NCBI GenBank assembly: GCA_963716725.1
Contig: CAVQUB010000008.1
Coordinates: forward strand, 320,001-384,000
Source of the DNA: an uncultured delta proteobacterium
GTDB taxonomy: Bacteria > Myxococcota_A > Polyangia > Polyangiales > Polyangiaceae
Direction: 5' to 3'
DNA length: 64,000 bases
Under the pieces are notes generated by a model. That model had not been told where the DNA came from and ran no database searches. It saw only the letters and a list, made by a program, of their open reading frames with translations. This document shows positions 33,701 to 43,250 of this stretch, in pieces. The position numbers were made by a program, and so were the translations under genes. Positions within the stretch are counted from its first letter, which is position 1, and each line of letters starts with the position of its first letter.

Positions 33701-33836
33701 TCAGGCCGGGATCCGTGGCACGCCGAGCTTTCTGGTGGCGGCGCACCGCCAAAACTCGGGCGAGTTCTACTACCTCTCCGGAGCACAACCGCTCCCCAAG
33801 TTCGAGCGAGTCGTCAGCGCTGCGCTGGGGAGGTAG
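30777..33836 (+). CDS. Degenerate Ser/Thr kinase-like domain + TM + three DsbA-like thioredoxin domains
   Basis: HGELT/DLG/PEQ/DTWALG kinase remnants; three D(L/F)QCPFC motifs with G(V/T)P cis-Pro loops. Confidence 0.9.
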   Translation: MPGSGTLSPGSMFGDFRIVELLADDAGLALYAVDRLGAPAALRVFHRFGPLDGGDSGKLTEAALAGAAVGSDKVPSVRLAGVDPTTGVAWVATDPVAGKSLASTLKEGEPLDPGLALAVIADVAEALGRAHVAGQAHGELTTVSIFVADSAGGPTVKLLDLGTLRWLNQRHPDSTQALGFRECLPPEQLQQGAAAAPPADTWALGLLAFRLLVGRSYWLHTSTAEVVDEITAQPLPSASKRVRDLGSPVMLPPGFDEWFARSVTRDPKRRFAHGSDAAQALRPLLSAVRAAAAAAAAAVPPWGAIAAPATPAAAPPIAEAPAQFGAPPAAFSPYAAGPFPPPRPTDRAGGGGGGSGAPVLAVIVGLLLVVGVIGVIGAFGVGGVLAYRRGRVSKPHATAGAPAGIPPSHATAPIPVLNSDPVWGDTNAPVTIVGFSDLQCPFCARAQKTLDAVKTTYGPSQVRIVFKHNPLPFHKQALPAAEAAERVRLSGGNAAFFKFADLAFADSKSLNDASFESWATIAGADMTTYRSLMGASIVSAKVQADIDLAKRVGVTGVPAFRINGQVLSGAQPLEKFRSLIDSELTEAKKRIAAGTPPDQIYPILTGENHRTTPTPSPPPATAEPDGEAVWKVPVLADDPQLGPADALVTLVEFGDFQCPFCKRLDPTLRELRDRYGNDLRLVWKDNPLPFHKQAEPAAQLARVIFIQRGDPAFWRAHDALFANQPDLGDAEFQKIASAAGLGWGSTQSAMSSPTVAQRVRQSQTLASALKASGTPSCFINGRLVTGAVPASKFQEVIDQELAKARQLIARGTPRSQVYETVIREGKQESPFEMKQARLLASGVPIRGPANAKVTVHIFSDFQCPFCARAAPTLAELQKSFPADVRLAWHDLPLGFHKQAQLAAEAAREVQAQLGDAGFWRFHDRLFEEQKSPGGLEREHLERVAQSLGCNMPKFRRALDDRVHRARVQEDADAASQAGIRGTPSFLVAAHRQNSGEFYYLSGAQPLPKFERVVSAALGR

Positions 33837-34272
33837 ACGCGGCGCTGGGCGCGTCAGTCAGGCGAGCCGCTGTCCCAGCCCCGACGACATCGGCTTCGCA
33901 TCCGCGCGTCGCGGTTCGAGGACCACGGCGCCCGCGTACTCGTGGAGGCCCCCCCCCGGGTCGCGTGCTGGTGGCGAGGGACGACCCCGTGCGGTCTTGT
34001 CCCTCGGCCTTGACTGGGAGATCAAAGTCCACTTCCTGATGGACGACGAAGAGATGTTCGAGACTGCTTGGACGGTTCGCAAGGGCCGACCGAGCAAGGC
34101 GGCTCTTCGGGAGCTGGTGGCTGCCGTGCCAGCATCCATGTCCATCGTTTGCGCTGCACCGGCGCGTCGTCCCTCTCGCCAAGCGGGCCGCGCGCGCCGC
34201 CGGTCGAGCCCACAAGGGCTCGGGCCTCGCCCGGCAAGTCGGTGACGTTCTCGCCGTGACCCGCCCCGGACC

Positions 34273-34935
34273 CTACCCGTCTCGGTCCACCGCAAGCGCC
34301 GCGTCGCGCGCAGCCAGGTTCGCTTCAGCGCAGTAGTCGATCATCAGGTTCACGCGCGGCGCTTTGGACAGGTTTCGCGTCGAGTGAGGTCGCATGTTGT
34401 CGATCTCGTACACGCCGCCTGCTTCTAGAAAGAAGGTCTCTGCGTCAATCGTGAACTCGCAGCCCTCGGAGCCGATCAGCGGCACGTGCAAGTGGTGAGA
34501 GAAGCTCTTCCAAGCACGGTTGTGGCCCATGTCCTTGTGGGTCGGGACCCTGCCGCCGGGTGCGAGCGCTGCGAGGACCATGAGGTGGAGCAGGCCGCCA
34601 CCGTAGTACTCGCGGCAGGCGTGGGCGATTCGATCGAGCTCGTGTCGCAGCGCGGCGCCGTGGGGCAGTCCCGCGGGCAGCGGCAGCGCCCAAGGCGACG
34701 CCGGGACCTCGAGGTTGACGATACCCAGTTGCATGTAGCCGGTGGGCCGCATCTTGCGGTAGGCGACGTCGGGGGGTCGATCCTCGCGGTCGATGAACTC
34801 GCTGCGACGCCGGACCTCTTGCCACGCCGGCGAGTCCGGATCTGCGTAGATCGCGCTCAGGTCTTGCTCGACGAGGCTCGCGAGCGTGCGCACGTCCAGC
34901 GAGGCGATTCGGCGATGGGTGGCTTCGAGCCGCAT
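34273..34935 (-). CDS. Aspartyl/asparaginyl beta-hydroxylase-domain 2OG-Fe(II) oxygenase
   Basis: LAPGGRVPTHKD, LHVPL, YEIDNMRPHS, RVNLMID. Confidence 0.82.
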   Translation of the reverse strand: MRLEATHRRIASLDVRTLASLVEQDLSAIYADPDSPAWQEVRRRSEFIDREDRPPDVAYRKMRPTGYMQLGIVNLEVPASPWALPLPAGLPHGAALRHELDRIAHACREYYGGGLLHLMVLAALAPGGRVPTHKDMGHNRAWKSFSHHLHVPLIGSEGCEFTIDAETFFLEAGGVYEIDNMRPHSTRNLSKAPRVNLMIDYCAEANLAARDAALAVDRDG

Positions 34936-34976
34936 CGGATCGCAACGCTAGCAGCTTCGCGGCGAGCCGCCTCGGC

Positions 34977-36004
34977 TCACGCCGGAGGGCGCCAGGGCGG
35001 GAGGATCCCGGCGCCCTGGAGCTGAAACGGCGCTTCGTAGAGCGCGCTGTCGACCAAGCGATGGGCTGCAAAGCGCAAGAGCACGGTGACATTGCGGTAC
35101 ATGCGGCTGGTTGCGCGCTGGTAGGTGAACAGCGTCACGTCCTTGCCCAGCATCGCGAGCCGAAGCACGACGTTCGAGCCCAATCCGGGTCGTGTGCATC
35201 TGCGCCAGCACGTTCTTGCCGAGGCGCTCTCGACCGAGCGCGTTCGGTGAGTGGGAGGCGACCGTCGAGGTCAGGAAACCGAAGGACGTGATCAGATACG
35301 AAGCCGCTCCGTCGTCCAGGGCATCGGCAAACGCATCCCAAGCCTGCCAGGGCTGTCGTTCGAGCTCGGCGAAGTACGCCGCGGCTTCCGCGTCGTTCTG
35401 CCAGCGCGTTCGCGGCAGCGTCTCTCCGCGGCGAGTTCGAAGGGCGACCTGAAATCGCCGGAGTCCAACCGCGCGAGCTCCGGAGGGCGGATTCAGATCC
35501 AAGCTCGTGAGCGGAGCACCGACGAGGCGCGAAAGGTCGGGCGTCCCGTAGCCTCCCCCGAGGTCCAGGCGTGCTTCCGCGCCCCGAAAGATGCGTTCGA
35601 AACCCGTTCGGGGCTCGCGGGCGATCCAGTCGTACATGCCGATCACCGTGTTCGTCATGCCGGCCAGAGCTTTGAGCATGACTCCGGCATCGCGCTTGGC
35701 CTCGGCCCAGGTCGCAAGCCGTGCTGCCTCGTCGAACAAGCGCCGGATGGCCCGCTCCAGTCGCCCGGCGGTGACGTGCGATGTCCGCGCCGGCGCCCTC
35801 GAGCTCGAACAGCGCATGCATGGTCAACAGTCGCAGGTAGGGGATGCGCGGGTCCTCGTCGTTCAGCGCGTGCAGCGTCCGGCGCGTGCTCCCGAAGTCC
35901 TCTTCGTAGAGCTCGAACACGATCTGCATGACCGGGTCAAAGTCTCGAAGCCACGAACCGCCCATGGGACCGGTCGTAGCCGTCGTCTCCAGGTGCGTCG
36001 CCAT
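34977..36004 (-). CDS. SAM-dependent methyltransferase-like protein, frameshifts near 35777 and 35176
   Basis: Three ORF pieces join; LDLGGGYG motif I followed by LTSLDL. Confidence 0.55.
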
Positions 36005-36097
36005 GCCGACGGCCCGAGTCGATCCGCGGCGCGACGAGCGGCTGTCGGGTCACGAGTTCGCAGACCAACCCGAGCGCGCGCTCCAACGCTGACGTCG

Positions 36098-38804
36098 TCA
36101 GCGATCGACCACGGCGCTCAGGGCCGCCAGGATTTCCGGATTGGATCGCGCACTGCCTCGCGCCAGCGCCTCCAAGGCCGACACCAAGGCCGACGAGCGG
36201 TCGGTCAAGCCGCACGCTTCGAGCGCCAGCGAAGCTCCGCCGAGTGACCCCATTCGCTTCGCGGCCCGCACACCCGGGTGTTGTAGGTGGCGTAATAGCG
36301 CCGGTGCGCCTCGTCGATGGGGTACGCGCCGCTGGCGCCCGCTCCGTAGCGCGTCATGCCGTGATACGGCAGCGGGCCGACCTGCGTCGTGAGGTCCGTC
36401 GCCCCGGCGCCCGGCAGCGTGCGCGGCTTGAACACCAGATCGGTGTGCAGGAAGAGCGAGCGTGCACTTGGCCCGGAGGTGTCGCCGCGGATCCCGTCGA
36501 AGTCCAGCTCGACCGCGTCGCCGCGACGCATGATCGTGAATCATGTCGTTCGCCTTGGTGAGAGCTCGGCCACGTCGCCGTAACGGGTGAAGCGACCGAC
36601 GGTGCGCTGCTCGGGGCCCAAGAGACCGCCGCCGTCGTCCAGCGCCATCCGTGGGCGCGCGGGATCGCCCGGCGTGGGTCATGCTGGGGGCCCCGGAAAG
36701 ATCAGATCGGCCCGCGACGCGGCGAGGTCGTAGCGCGCCAACGCCGACGGCGGCGCTTCGCAGAGTCGAGCGCGATCGACGAACCACATCGGTCTGACCA
36801 GCAGCCGGTGCGCCGGTGTAGAGGCGCAGCTCCCAACGACCGGTCGGAGCGTCCACTTGGATAGATCGAATACGAGCCCTTTGCGATCACCGCGGGGCGC
36901 CCCAGTTCCATCGCCGTTCACCAGCTACCGTCGCGTTGCTTGACCATAGGCGCGCTTTCTGCCGGGTGGCGTGCACCGCCGCGTGCGAACGCCAGCCGCC
37001 AGCCCTCGATCACCAGCCTGGCGTGTTGTCGCGCCGCACGGGACCGAAGTCCAAGTCGTAGAAGTTGTCCTGGGCCAATTCGTCGCGAACGGCCCGATCG
37101 TCTTGGCGGGAGATCTCGGCGTGACGTCCTCGCGGCCCATCCAACTGGCCCGCTCGGGCGCGCGCAGGGTTGCGCTTTCGAGCGCCACGAAGTCCCAATC
37201 CGGCAGCCGCTTCGAAGCTGCGTCTGGAGATGGACTCGACGTGAAGACCTCGGTATTCGAGGGTGCTCGACGACCGTCAGGTGCGCCTCGTCCAGGTAGA
37301 CAATCTCGTCTTCGGCCGCGAGCAGCTTGGCACGTGCGCGGCCAGACTCGACCCGCGCCTCGGTCCAGGCGCACCCACATCGGCATGAAGTCGACTCGTT
37401 TGCCGGGCTCGCCGGGCTCGAGTGCTTCTTGCGGCCGATCAGCGCCACGCCGCCGACGGTGCTCTCGTAGCGGAAACGCACCATCGTCCGAAAACACGTA
37501 GGGGCAGCACGCCGGCCACTCGTCGGTGAAACCGTCGCAGTCGTCGTCCTACCGTTGCAGAGCTCGCCCATCGGCAAACCGCTTTGCGTTGCAAACCAGC
37601 GCCGCGCTGGAGCAGACCAGATTGCTCTTGGCGCACTCGCCTTCTTGCCCGCACGGTGCAGGCGGCGCCACCAGCGGGGTTTAAGTTATCCACGGACCCA
37701 TCGCAGTCGTCGTCCTTGCCGTTGCAGGTCTCGGTCTTGGAGAATCACAGTCTGCGTGCAGGTCAAGCTCCCGCCGGTGCAGGCCAGGACCCCGGGCTTG
37801 CACTCACCCTGGAGCGCGGCGTTCGTGCACGCGCCACCGCCACCGGGGTTGCCGTTGTCCACAGCCCCGTTGCAGTCGTCGTCCTTGTTGTTGCAGACCT
37901 CGGTCTTGGGGAACACAGTCTGCGTGCAGGTCAAGCTCCCGCCGGTGCACGCCTGCGCACCCGTCTTGCACTCCCCCTGGAGCGACGCGAGAGTACACGC
38001 GCCGCCGCCCCCGGGATTGCCGTCGTCCACGACGCCATCGCAGTCGTCGTCCAGCTTGTTGCAGGTCTCGGTCTTGGGCTGGAGGTTCTGGACGCAGACG
38101 AGGGCGCCGTTCTGACAGTTGTCCGTGCCGGCGGCGCAGATGCCCTGCTTTCCGGTGCTGCAGGCGCCGCCACCATCCGGATTGCCATCGTCGACCTGGC
38201 CGTTGCAGTCGTCGTCGACCTTGTTGCATTCCTCGGTCTTCGGGATGATCTCGCCCGCACACGTATTGCCCCAGGCACCGTTCGCACAGGTCTGAATGCC
38301 GGGCTTGCAGGGGCCCTTGTCTTCCGTGCCCTTCGCGCCGCCGTAACACGGTCGGGTCTCACCGTTGGTGCACGAACAGCCCTCGTCCTTCGTCCCGTTG
38401 CAGTTGTTGTCGAGCGTGTCGCAGACCTCGGTGCCGCCGGAAGCACGTCGCCCGTACAGGCTGTCCACGCGCCAGCCTTGCAAGTGGTGTGCCGTCCTTG
38501 CACTCGCCTATCCCTTGGGTCGCCGGCGGGCCCGTGTAACACGCCTGGCTCTCGCCCTCGGTGCATCCCGTCGGCCCGTCGCTGCCAGCGTCTCCCGCGC
38601 CGCCGCCGCCGACGCCACCGCTGCCACCGCTGCGACCGCCGCCGGTGCTCGCGCCCCCGCCGCCGGAGTTCGCGCCGCCGCCGCCGGCACTGGTTCCACC
38701 CGCACCGCCACCGCCCTCGTCGCTGCCCGCCGCGCAGCGGTCATGACCGCGAAGCCGGACACCGAGAGCACCCCGAGTCGAATCAAGCTAGTGATGCAGC
38801 GCAT
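36098..38804 (-). CDS. Large lipoprotein with six ExC(N/D)xxD(D/N)(D/N)C(N/D)G repeats and a C-terminal globular domain; many frameshifts, 3' end approximate
   Basis: GGAG RBS, signal peptide, Gly linker, Cys repeats, then CCPYVF...FRYES...DEIVYLDEAHLTVVEHP spread over several frames. Confidence 0.7.
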
Positions 38805-38928
38805 GGCGAAATTCTCCATGTAGGAGTGTTCCACGCGCGCATCCGGATCGTAAATCGACCAACCAGAGCCGAACGCGCCACCCACTTCCACCCACAGGGT
38901 CGCGCCTCCGGGGCTCTCGTTCGGGAGT

Positions 38929-39591
38929 TCAGCCGCGAAGTAGGTGCGATTGAGCATGGGATGCACGCCGTCCGTCGGTCCCCAGTCGGAGTCTGGGTGA
39001 TAGGCGATCACGTTCATGACCTCGGCCGTGGTGCGAAAGGCGTGAAATTCGTGGCTCTCGAGCAGGAAGACGCAGCCGGCGTCCAACGGTTCTTCCCAGG
39101 GAGCACCCTCGCCAGGTCCGTAGGCGACACCACGACCAGTCGCGACCACGCCGAGCCGGATACTGGGGTGAGAGTGCACGCTCTGGGTGATGCCCGCGGG
39201 GAAGTGCAGGTGGTTCAAGCACCGGATCACCGAGGCGAGGCGGCATGACGAGCACGCTGTCGGAACAACCGTCGATGTAGCTCAAGCGCCCAGTCGACTC
39301 GATGCGCCCACAGGCGGCCATGGCCGATGAACCCAGCCGCTCGATGACCACCACGCGACCCGTCGCTTCGAGATCCATCGCACCGGGCACACAGAAATAA
39401 TACCCGACTGGCGCTTCGGTGCTCGAACCGCCGCCTGTGACAGCGCGCGCGGCCCTCGACGACGTAGCCATAGTGAGTCGACGTGGCGCGTTCGAAACGA
39501 CGCGAGCCGACCACGACGTCGAGGCGCGACGGGTACATCGTATTCGTCGCGTCTAGAGTGGCCCTCCGTCCGGGTTTCGTATCAGCTTCAT
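38929..39591 (-). CDS. Cupin-domain protein, frameshifted (about 39570, 39440, 39223); ends approximate
   Basis: GRLSYIDGCSDS..PPRLGDP-CLNHLHFP..HSHPSIRLG..HEFHAF..YHPDSDWGPTD..HPMLNRT. Confidence 0.75.
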
Positions 39592-39754
39592 GGCGGACTA
39601 CTCTAGCCGAACTCGGCGCGTGTCTCGACTGCGAGGCGGCTCGGGTGCACGCGCAGACCCGAAAGCTCGCGTCCTCCTGCCGCAACGGCAGCTGCAGTCC
39701 GACAACCCGGGATACTGTTTGGAGGCTCGCTCAGGCTCCCGCGCGAACGGGCCT

Positions 39755-40493
39755 CTAGCCGAACCCGGCGTCTTCGGCTTGGTCACCGATCATCTGGTAC
39801 ACCCAGCGCACGAGTGGACCGCCCGCGAGCGCAGACAGCTCGGTGTAACAACCCCGATTGAAGAGCGACTTGTCCCGCGCCGGAACGTTGTCGGTCAGCG
39901 CGACGGGCGCGCCGCGCCGCAGGCGCATGCGCATTCGAAACGCCCACGACAGGGTCATGCCCAGGTCCACGACCTCGGCGGGACCAGGAGGAAGCGCCGC
40001 ATTGACGCTGGGCTCGAGTGCACAGCCCTGCGCTGAGGCATCTCGGGCCAAGAGAAAACGCGTCGGGAACCCACGCTCGACTTGAGCCATCAATCGCGAC
40101 CAAACGTGGCCGGGCCAGCCGACGGTGACCGGCGCGACCTCGATCATGCGGTGGAAGCCGTTGAGCACGAAGGCCTGGCAGATTTCCCGATCGGAAAACA
40201 CGAGCGCGCGTGGCACCGCGTACTCGAGCAGTTCGGCGGACAACGTCGAAGGCTCCGCGCGCTCGGGCAACTGCTCGGGTCGCACCAGCCCGGGGATCGG
40301 CCCGTGCGCGGCCTCCCACTCCGTCAGGCGTCGGAGCCCCTCGGAGCGCTCGCAGGCCGGATCTGGCCTGGACGGGAATCGCGCCGGCCCGTTCGAGCTC
40401 GTAGAGCAGCTGCGCGCGCGTGAAGTGGAAGCGGCCGCCTTCGGACACGTCATCGACGGCCATGAGCAGCAGGTCGCGGTCGATTCCGTCCAT
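39755..40493 (-). CDS. Conserved hypothetical protein, possible Toprim-like fold; frameshift about 40330-40378
   Basis: ATG overlaps the upstream stop (TGATG); RALVFSD..NGFH..FLLARDAS..VVDLG pattern. Confidence 0.6.
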
Positions 40494-42250
40494 CAGGGGA
40501 CCTCGCCGTCCACGTACACGCGGTGCCACAACTCCACGGCCAGGAGCATCCACAGGTACTCGCCGCTGCGATCACGGCCGAAGTGCCCGAGCGGCATTTC
40601 TTCGGCCAGCAGCGTGTCGATGAACGACTGCTGAAACAACCCCCGCTGCCGCGCCCGTGCGCTGCCCAGAATGTCCCGCGTGTAGCTGGCAAGCGGGGTC
40701 TTTCTGAACCAGTGATTGAGCGGCACGCCCATGCCGGCTTTCTTTCGGTAGACGACCGCGTGCGGCAAGAGGTGATCGACCGACTTCTTGAACAAGTACT
40801 TCTCGACGTCTTCGTGGCGCTTGAGCCTGGCGGGCACGGTGAACGAGTGCTCGGCCAGACGGCGATCGAAGAGCGGTGACTGCGCTTCGACGCCGTTCGG
40901 GGTCAACATCTTGTCGACTTTGACCAAGATGTTCTGCCCGCCTTTCAGCCGGATGTTCACGTGCATGAGGCGGTTCAGGTAGCTCTCGATGCGATCCGTC
41001 TCGAGCGTCTCGCTCACGTGCTCGTGAAGCGCCGCGATGCCGCCACTCGCCTCGAGAAACTCGGGCGTGCACAGGTCTTCGAGGTAGTCGTAGAACTTGT
41101 GGTACGAGGCCAAATACGCCTGGGTTCGGTCGAATTCCCCGAGAAATGCGTACCACTCGCCCAAGATCATGAACTTGTTCTTTGGGCCGCCGAAGAGCGG
41201 GTCGCCGCCCTCTCCGTTGAACACGACGCTGCTGTGCTTGGAGGCCTCGCGTGCGAGCAGGTAGTTCGGCACCGTGATGCAATCGCAGAGCGGATCGTCG
41301 AGAGCCCACAGGATGCGCGGCAGCTGATCGATGAACTGCTCGGGGTGGACGTCCATGACCTCGTGCACGAGATCGTGCCGGACGCTCACCATCGTCGCGT
41401 ACAGGAGCTCGTTGGGTTGGCCGAACCCGAAGCTGGCGGAGAGGCACAACGGCGGACGGCCCAGCTCCGCGAGAATCGCCACCACCGCGCTCGAGTCCAC
41501 GCCGCCCGAGAGGAACGCCGTGACCGGGCCTTCGGGCGGGAGTCGTCGCCGGACCGCTTCGAACAAGAGCTCGCGAGTCTGCTCGGTCAGCTCCGCCTCG
41601 CTGGCCGAAGAGACACTCTCCACGAGGTCCCAGTAGCGGAGCACGCGCGGCTCACGCTCGCCGGGCTCTAGAACGAGGCGACAGCCGGGCTCGAGCTCCT
41701 GTACGCCTTTGAAGGCGGTGCGCCGGCCGGGGATGAACGAGTAGACCAAGAGCCGACTGAGCGCTCCCGGATCCGCCTCGACGCCGAACACCGGGTGCGC
41801 GAGAAACGCTTTGATCTCACTCGCAAAGAGCAAGCTGCCCGCGACCTGGGGAGCGAAGTACATCGGCTTTTCGCCGAGCGGATCTCTCACCACGTGCAGC
41901 GTGCGATCTTCGATCACGCCGAGGCCAAACGCGCCATCGAGTCGGTCGAACGCCTCGGCACCGAATCGCGCCACGAGCTCGGCCACCAACTCGGCGTCTG
42001 ACAGCGGCAGCGAGCCGCCGAGGCTTTCGAGGAGCTCGGCCCGGTTGAACAGCTTGCCGTCGATCACGCAGTGCACCCGGCCGTCGGCGCTGGTCGCGAC
42101 TTTCGAGTCGCCCCCCGAGTGCCGCTCCGCCAGCGCCAACCCACCGCGACGGATCACCCGCGAGTGCGGGCCTCGGTGTGCCAGCCGCGCAGAGAGCTCA
42201 GCGATCAGCGACTCTGGTTCGTCGCCGGCATGCCCCGCGATGCCTCCCAC
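40493..42250 (-). CDS. Asparagine synthase-like protein lacking the Ntn catalytic Cys
   Basis: Starts MGGIAG; HRGP, RDPLGEKPMY, FASEIKA, LSGGVDS PP-loop, GEGGD, KVDKM, RKKAG. Confidence 0.9.
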   Translation of the reverse strand: MGGIAGHAGDEPESLIAELSARLAHRGPHSRVIRRGGLALAERHSGGDSKVATSADGRVHCVIDGKLFNRAELLESLGGSLPLSDAELVAELVARFGAEAFDRLDGAFGLGVIEDRTLHVVRDPLGEKPMYFAPQVAGSLLFASEIKAFLAHPVFGVEADPGALSRLLVYSFIPGRRTAFKGVQELEPGCRLVLEPGEREPRVLRYWDLVESVSSASEAELTEQTRELLFEAVRRRLPPEGPVTAFLSGGVDSSAVVAILAELGRPPLCLSASFGFGQPNELLYATMVSVRHDLVHEVMDVHPEQFIDQLPRILWALDDPLCDCITVPNYLLAREASKHSSVVFNGEGGDPLFGGPKNKFMILGEWYAFLGEFDRTQAYLASYHKFYDYLEDLCTPEFLEASGGIAALHEHVSETLETDRIESYLNRLMHVNIRLKGGQNILVKVDKMLTPNGVEAQSPLFDRRLAEHSFTVPARLKRHEDVEKYLFKKSVDHLLPHAVVYRKKAGMGVPLNHWFRKTPLASYTRDILGSARARQRGLFQQSFIDTLLAEEMPLGHFGRDRSGEYLWMLLAVELWHRVYVDGEVP

Positions 42251-42254
42251 GTGC

Positions 42255-43250
42255 TCAGAACCTCCCGGTGACGCCCAGTCTGGCGCCGCCGGCGGCAGGT
42301 GCCACGAACGCTTCCGTCTTGGGCTCCTTTGCGGTGCTGGAGCGACCGAAGAGAAGAATAGCCGCGCCGCTCACCACGCCGATGCCACCGACAATCAGGC
42401 CCACGTTGGCGATCGTGTCCAAGCGACGACCGCCGTCGATGTCCTGCTCTTTGTCGCGAGGACAGGGTCCTCCAGCGCACTCGTCCTCGAGGGAATTGAA
42501 GCGCTGATCCGCGAGGTACCCGGCCACGCCGAACGTGGCCAAACCGGCCGCACCGATCCCGAGCGCGACGTAAGCGAGGACGGGGGTCTTGGAGGAGCGC
42601 ACCTCCGAACTGGCGGCGGGAGACTTTCCCGTCGAGGTCGGGCTCGTGTCCCCCGGGGCCTGGCCGGCAGCTTCGAAGCTGATGGTGACGGTCGACAGCG
42701 CCCCGCCCTTCAGCTCGAGTGAGGTCTTGAACTCGCTCTCGCCGGGCGCCGTCGCGCGCACTTCGACCTTCCCCGGAGAGAGCGCGATGGGCTCACCGAT
42801 GTCTTTCCTGTCGATCGTCCGCTCGCCGACCTGAACTTCGAGCCCTTTGGGAGGGCTGGCGATGACGATCACGATGCGCGCCACCTGCGACTCGACCGCT
42901 GCACGCTCCGCAGCGGCGGCGCTGCGGGTGTCTGCGTAGCGTTCGTCCTCTTTGCTCTTGGTGTCCGCCTGACGGATCACCGCAGAGAACGCCTCGTAGG
43001 CTTCCGGGATGCGATTCAGCTTGCGCAGACAGCGAGCCACGTACAGGCGCGCGTTGGGGCTCTCGGTCGCGCGCGCCAGCTTCTCGAACCGAGGCAACGC
43101 ATCGATGCAGCGATCCGCTTGATACAGCTCCTGTGCCGCTTTGAACTCAGCGCGAGACTGCGCCGGGCTCATTTTGGTCTGCGCAGCTGCCGGCGCGGCC
43201 AGCGCGAGTGCGACGAGGAGCGCGATGCCGAAGCGCATGCTCAGCGTCAT
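42255..43250 (-). CDS. TPR/PEGA-like secreted or membrane protein, coupled to kinase
   Basis: Signal peptide, SPNARLYVARC TPR-like helices, beta domain, two TMs, C-terminal GRF. Confidence 0.8.
   Translation of the reverse strand: MTLSMRFGIALLVALALAAPAAAQTKMSPAQSRAEFKAAQELYQADRCIDALPRFEKLARATESPNARLYVARCLRKLNRIPEAYEAFSAVIRQADTKSKEDERYADTRSAAAAERAAVESQVARIVIVIASPPKGLEVQVGERTIDRKDIGEPIALSPGKVEVRATAPGESEFKTSLELKGGALSTVTISFEAAGQAPGDTSPTSTGKSPAASSEVRSSKTPVLAYVALGIGAAGLATFGVAGYLADQRFNSLEDECAGGPCPRDKEQDIDGGRRLDTIANVGLIVGGIGVVSGAAILLFGRSSTAKEPKTEAFVAPAAGGARLGVTGRF

Noticed and set aside
33850..34260. Possible small gene (LGLDWEIKVHFLMDDEEMFETAW...), likewise 48630..48848 and 45890-46020
   Set aside because: Coding-like but no recognisable family or clear start; probably further fragments, so not called.
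37740..38060. Near-identical 35-nt repeats about 170 bp apart
   Set aside because: Internal duplication of Cys-rich protein repeats, not a non-coding array.
40493..42250. Lasso peptide biosynthetic cluster
   Set aside because: No adjacent B1/B2 leader peptidase genes or precursor. The transglutaminase at 23.6 kb is a distant membrane protein.
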